Shown piece after piece: positions 63,745 through 64,000 of a stretch of DNA of 64,000 nt (within the stretch, counting starts at the first letter, position 1; every line of letters starts with the position of its first letter). The position numbers and the translations under genes are program-made. The notes below the pieces were generated by a model that saw only the letters and a program-made list of their open reading frames with translations, searched no databases and had not been told where the DNA came from. Source of the DNA: a virus; IMG/VR virus record IMGVR_UViG_3300021475_000011, positions 3,534-67,533 of that record; one strand, written 5' to 3'.

Positions 63745-64000
63745 GCTGGTGTCCTCTCAGGGGTCGGTGTCCATTGCTCACGACGCCACCGGATCAGGTA
63801 GCGCCCGCTGCTGCGGTGCTTGACGGCGGTCCTCACGAACTCGATCAGCCCAACGCCCGGCATCACCACAGCCTGCACGAGACTGTACGCCGGGAAGATC
63901 AGGAACCACCGCGACCATACCTTGAAGTTCGCCAGCGACGTGATGAGCACGTAGGCCGCCAGCATCGTCGGGCGCGCCGTAGCGAGCGCCACAGGTGACT
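63741..64000 (-). CDS. partial membrane protein (C-terminal end; possibly GT2 glycosyltransferase-like)
   Basis: TM helices followed by a basic tail; the 5' end lies outside the window. Confidence 0.4.
   Translation of the reverse strand, partial: SPVALATARPTMLAAYVLITSLANFKVWSRWFLIFPAYSLVQAVVMPGVGLIEFVRTAVKHRSSGRYLIRWRREQWTPTPERTPA

Overview
This is a 64-kb segment of a high-GC tailed dsDNA phage or prophage with siphovirus-type, HK97-fold architecture, transcribed almost entirely on the minus strand. In transcription order (right to left) it contains: about 30 small accessory ORFs (53.6-64 kb); a head module (portal-MuF fusion, prohead protease, major capsid) interrupted by an oppositely oriented cold-shock gene; connector and tail genes with a -1 frameshifted tail chaperone, a tape measure carrying muralytic domains, and CBM/LamG/PA14 tail proteins; a two-endolysin lysis cassette; RusA; replication and recombination genes (initiator, helicase loader-like, Rad52/Sak-like, PD-(D/E)XK exonuclease, HNH); GroES; an Acb2/Tad1-like protein; a small-terminase-like gene; and a DNA-modification cluster (C5-MTase, ASCH, N4C/N6A-MTase) followed by MmcB-like and DUF1643 genes. 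I recognised no large terminase, integrase, tRNA or CRISPR array. The host is probably Actinomycetota, possibly Thermoleophilia/Solirubrobacterales (inference). The most unusual signal is non-coding. (1) A TGTCA-N7-TGACA palindrome recurs about 11 times, plus 3 degenerate copies, over predicted promoters outside the structural region. (2) Four apparently leaderless transcripts start with ATGACYACTTCCA, one encoding only an 8-aa peptide, and the reverse complement of GACCACTTCCAC sits in the loop of a terminator upstream of the recombination operon. (3) Two candidate C-rich, anti-SD-like small RNAs lie between the lysin and rusA. All family calls come from motif recognition by eye; no searches were run. 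Some start codons were refined from the ORF track using gene overlaps and RBS positions.
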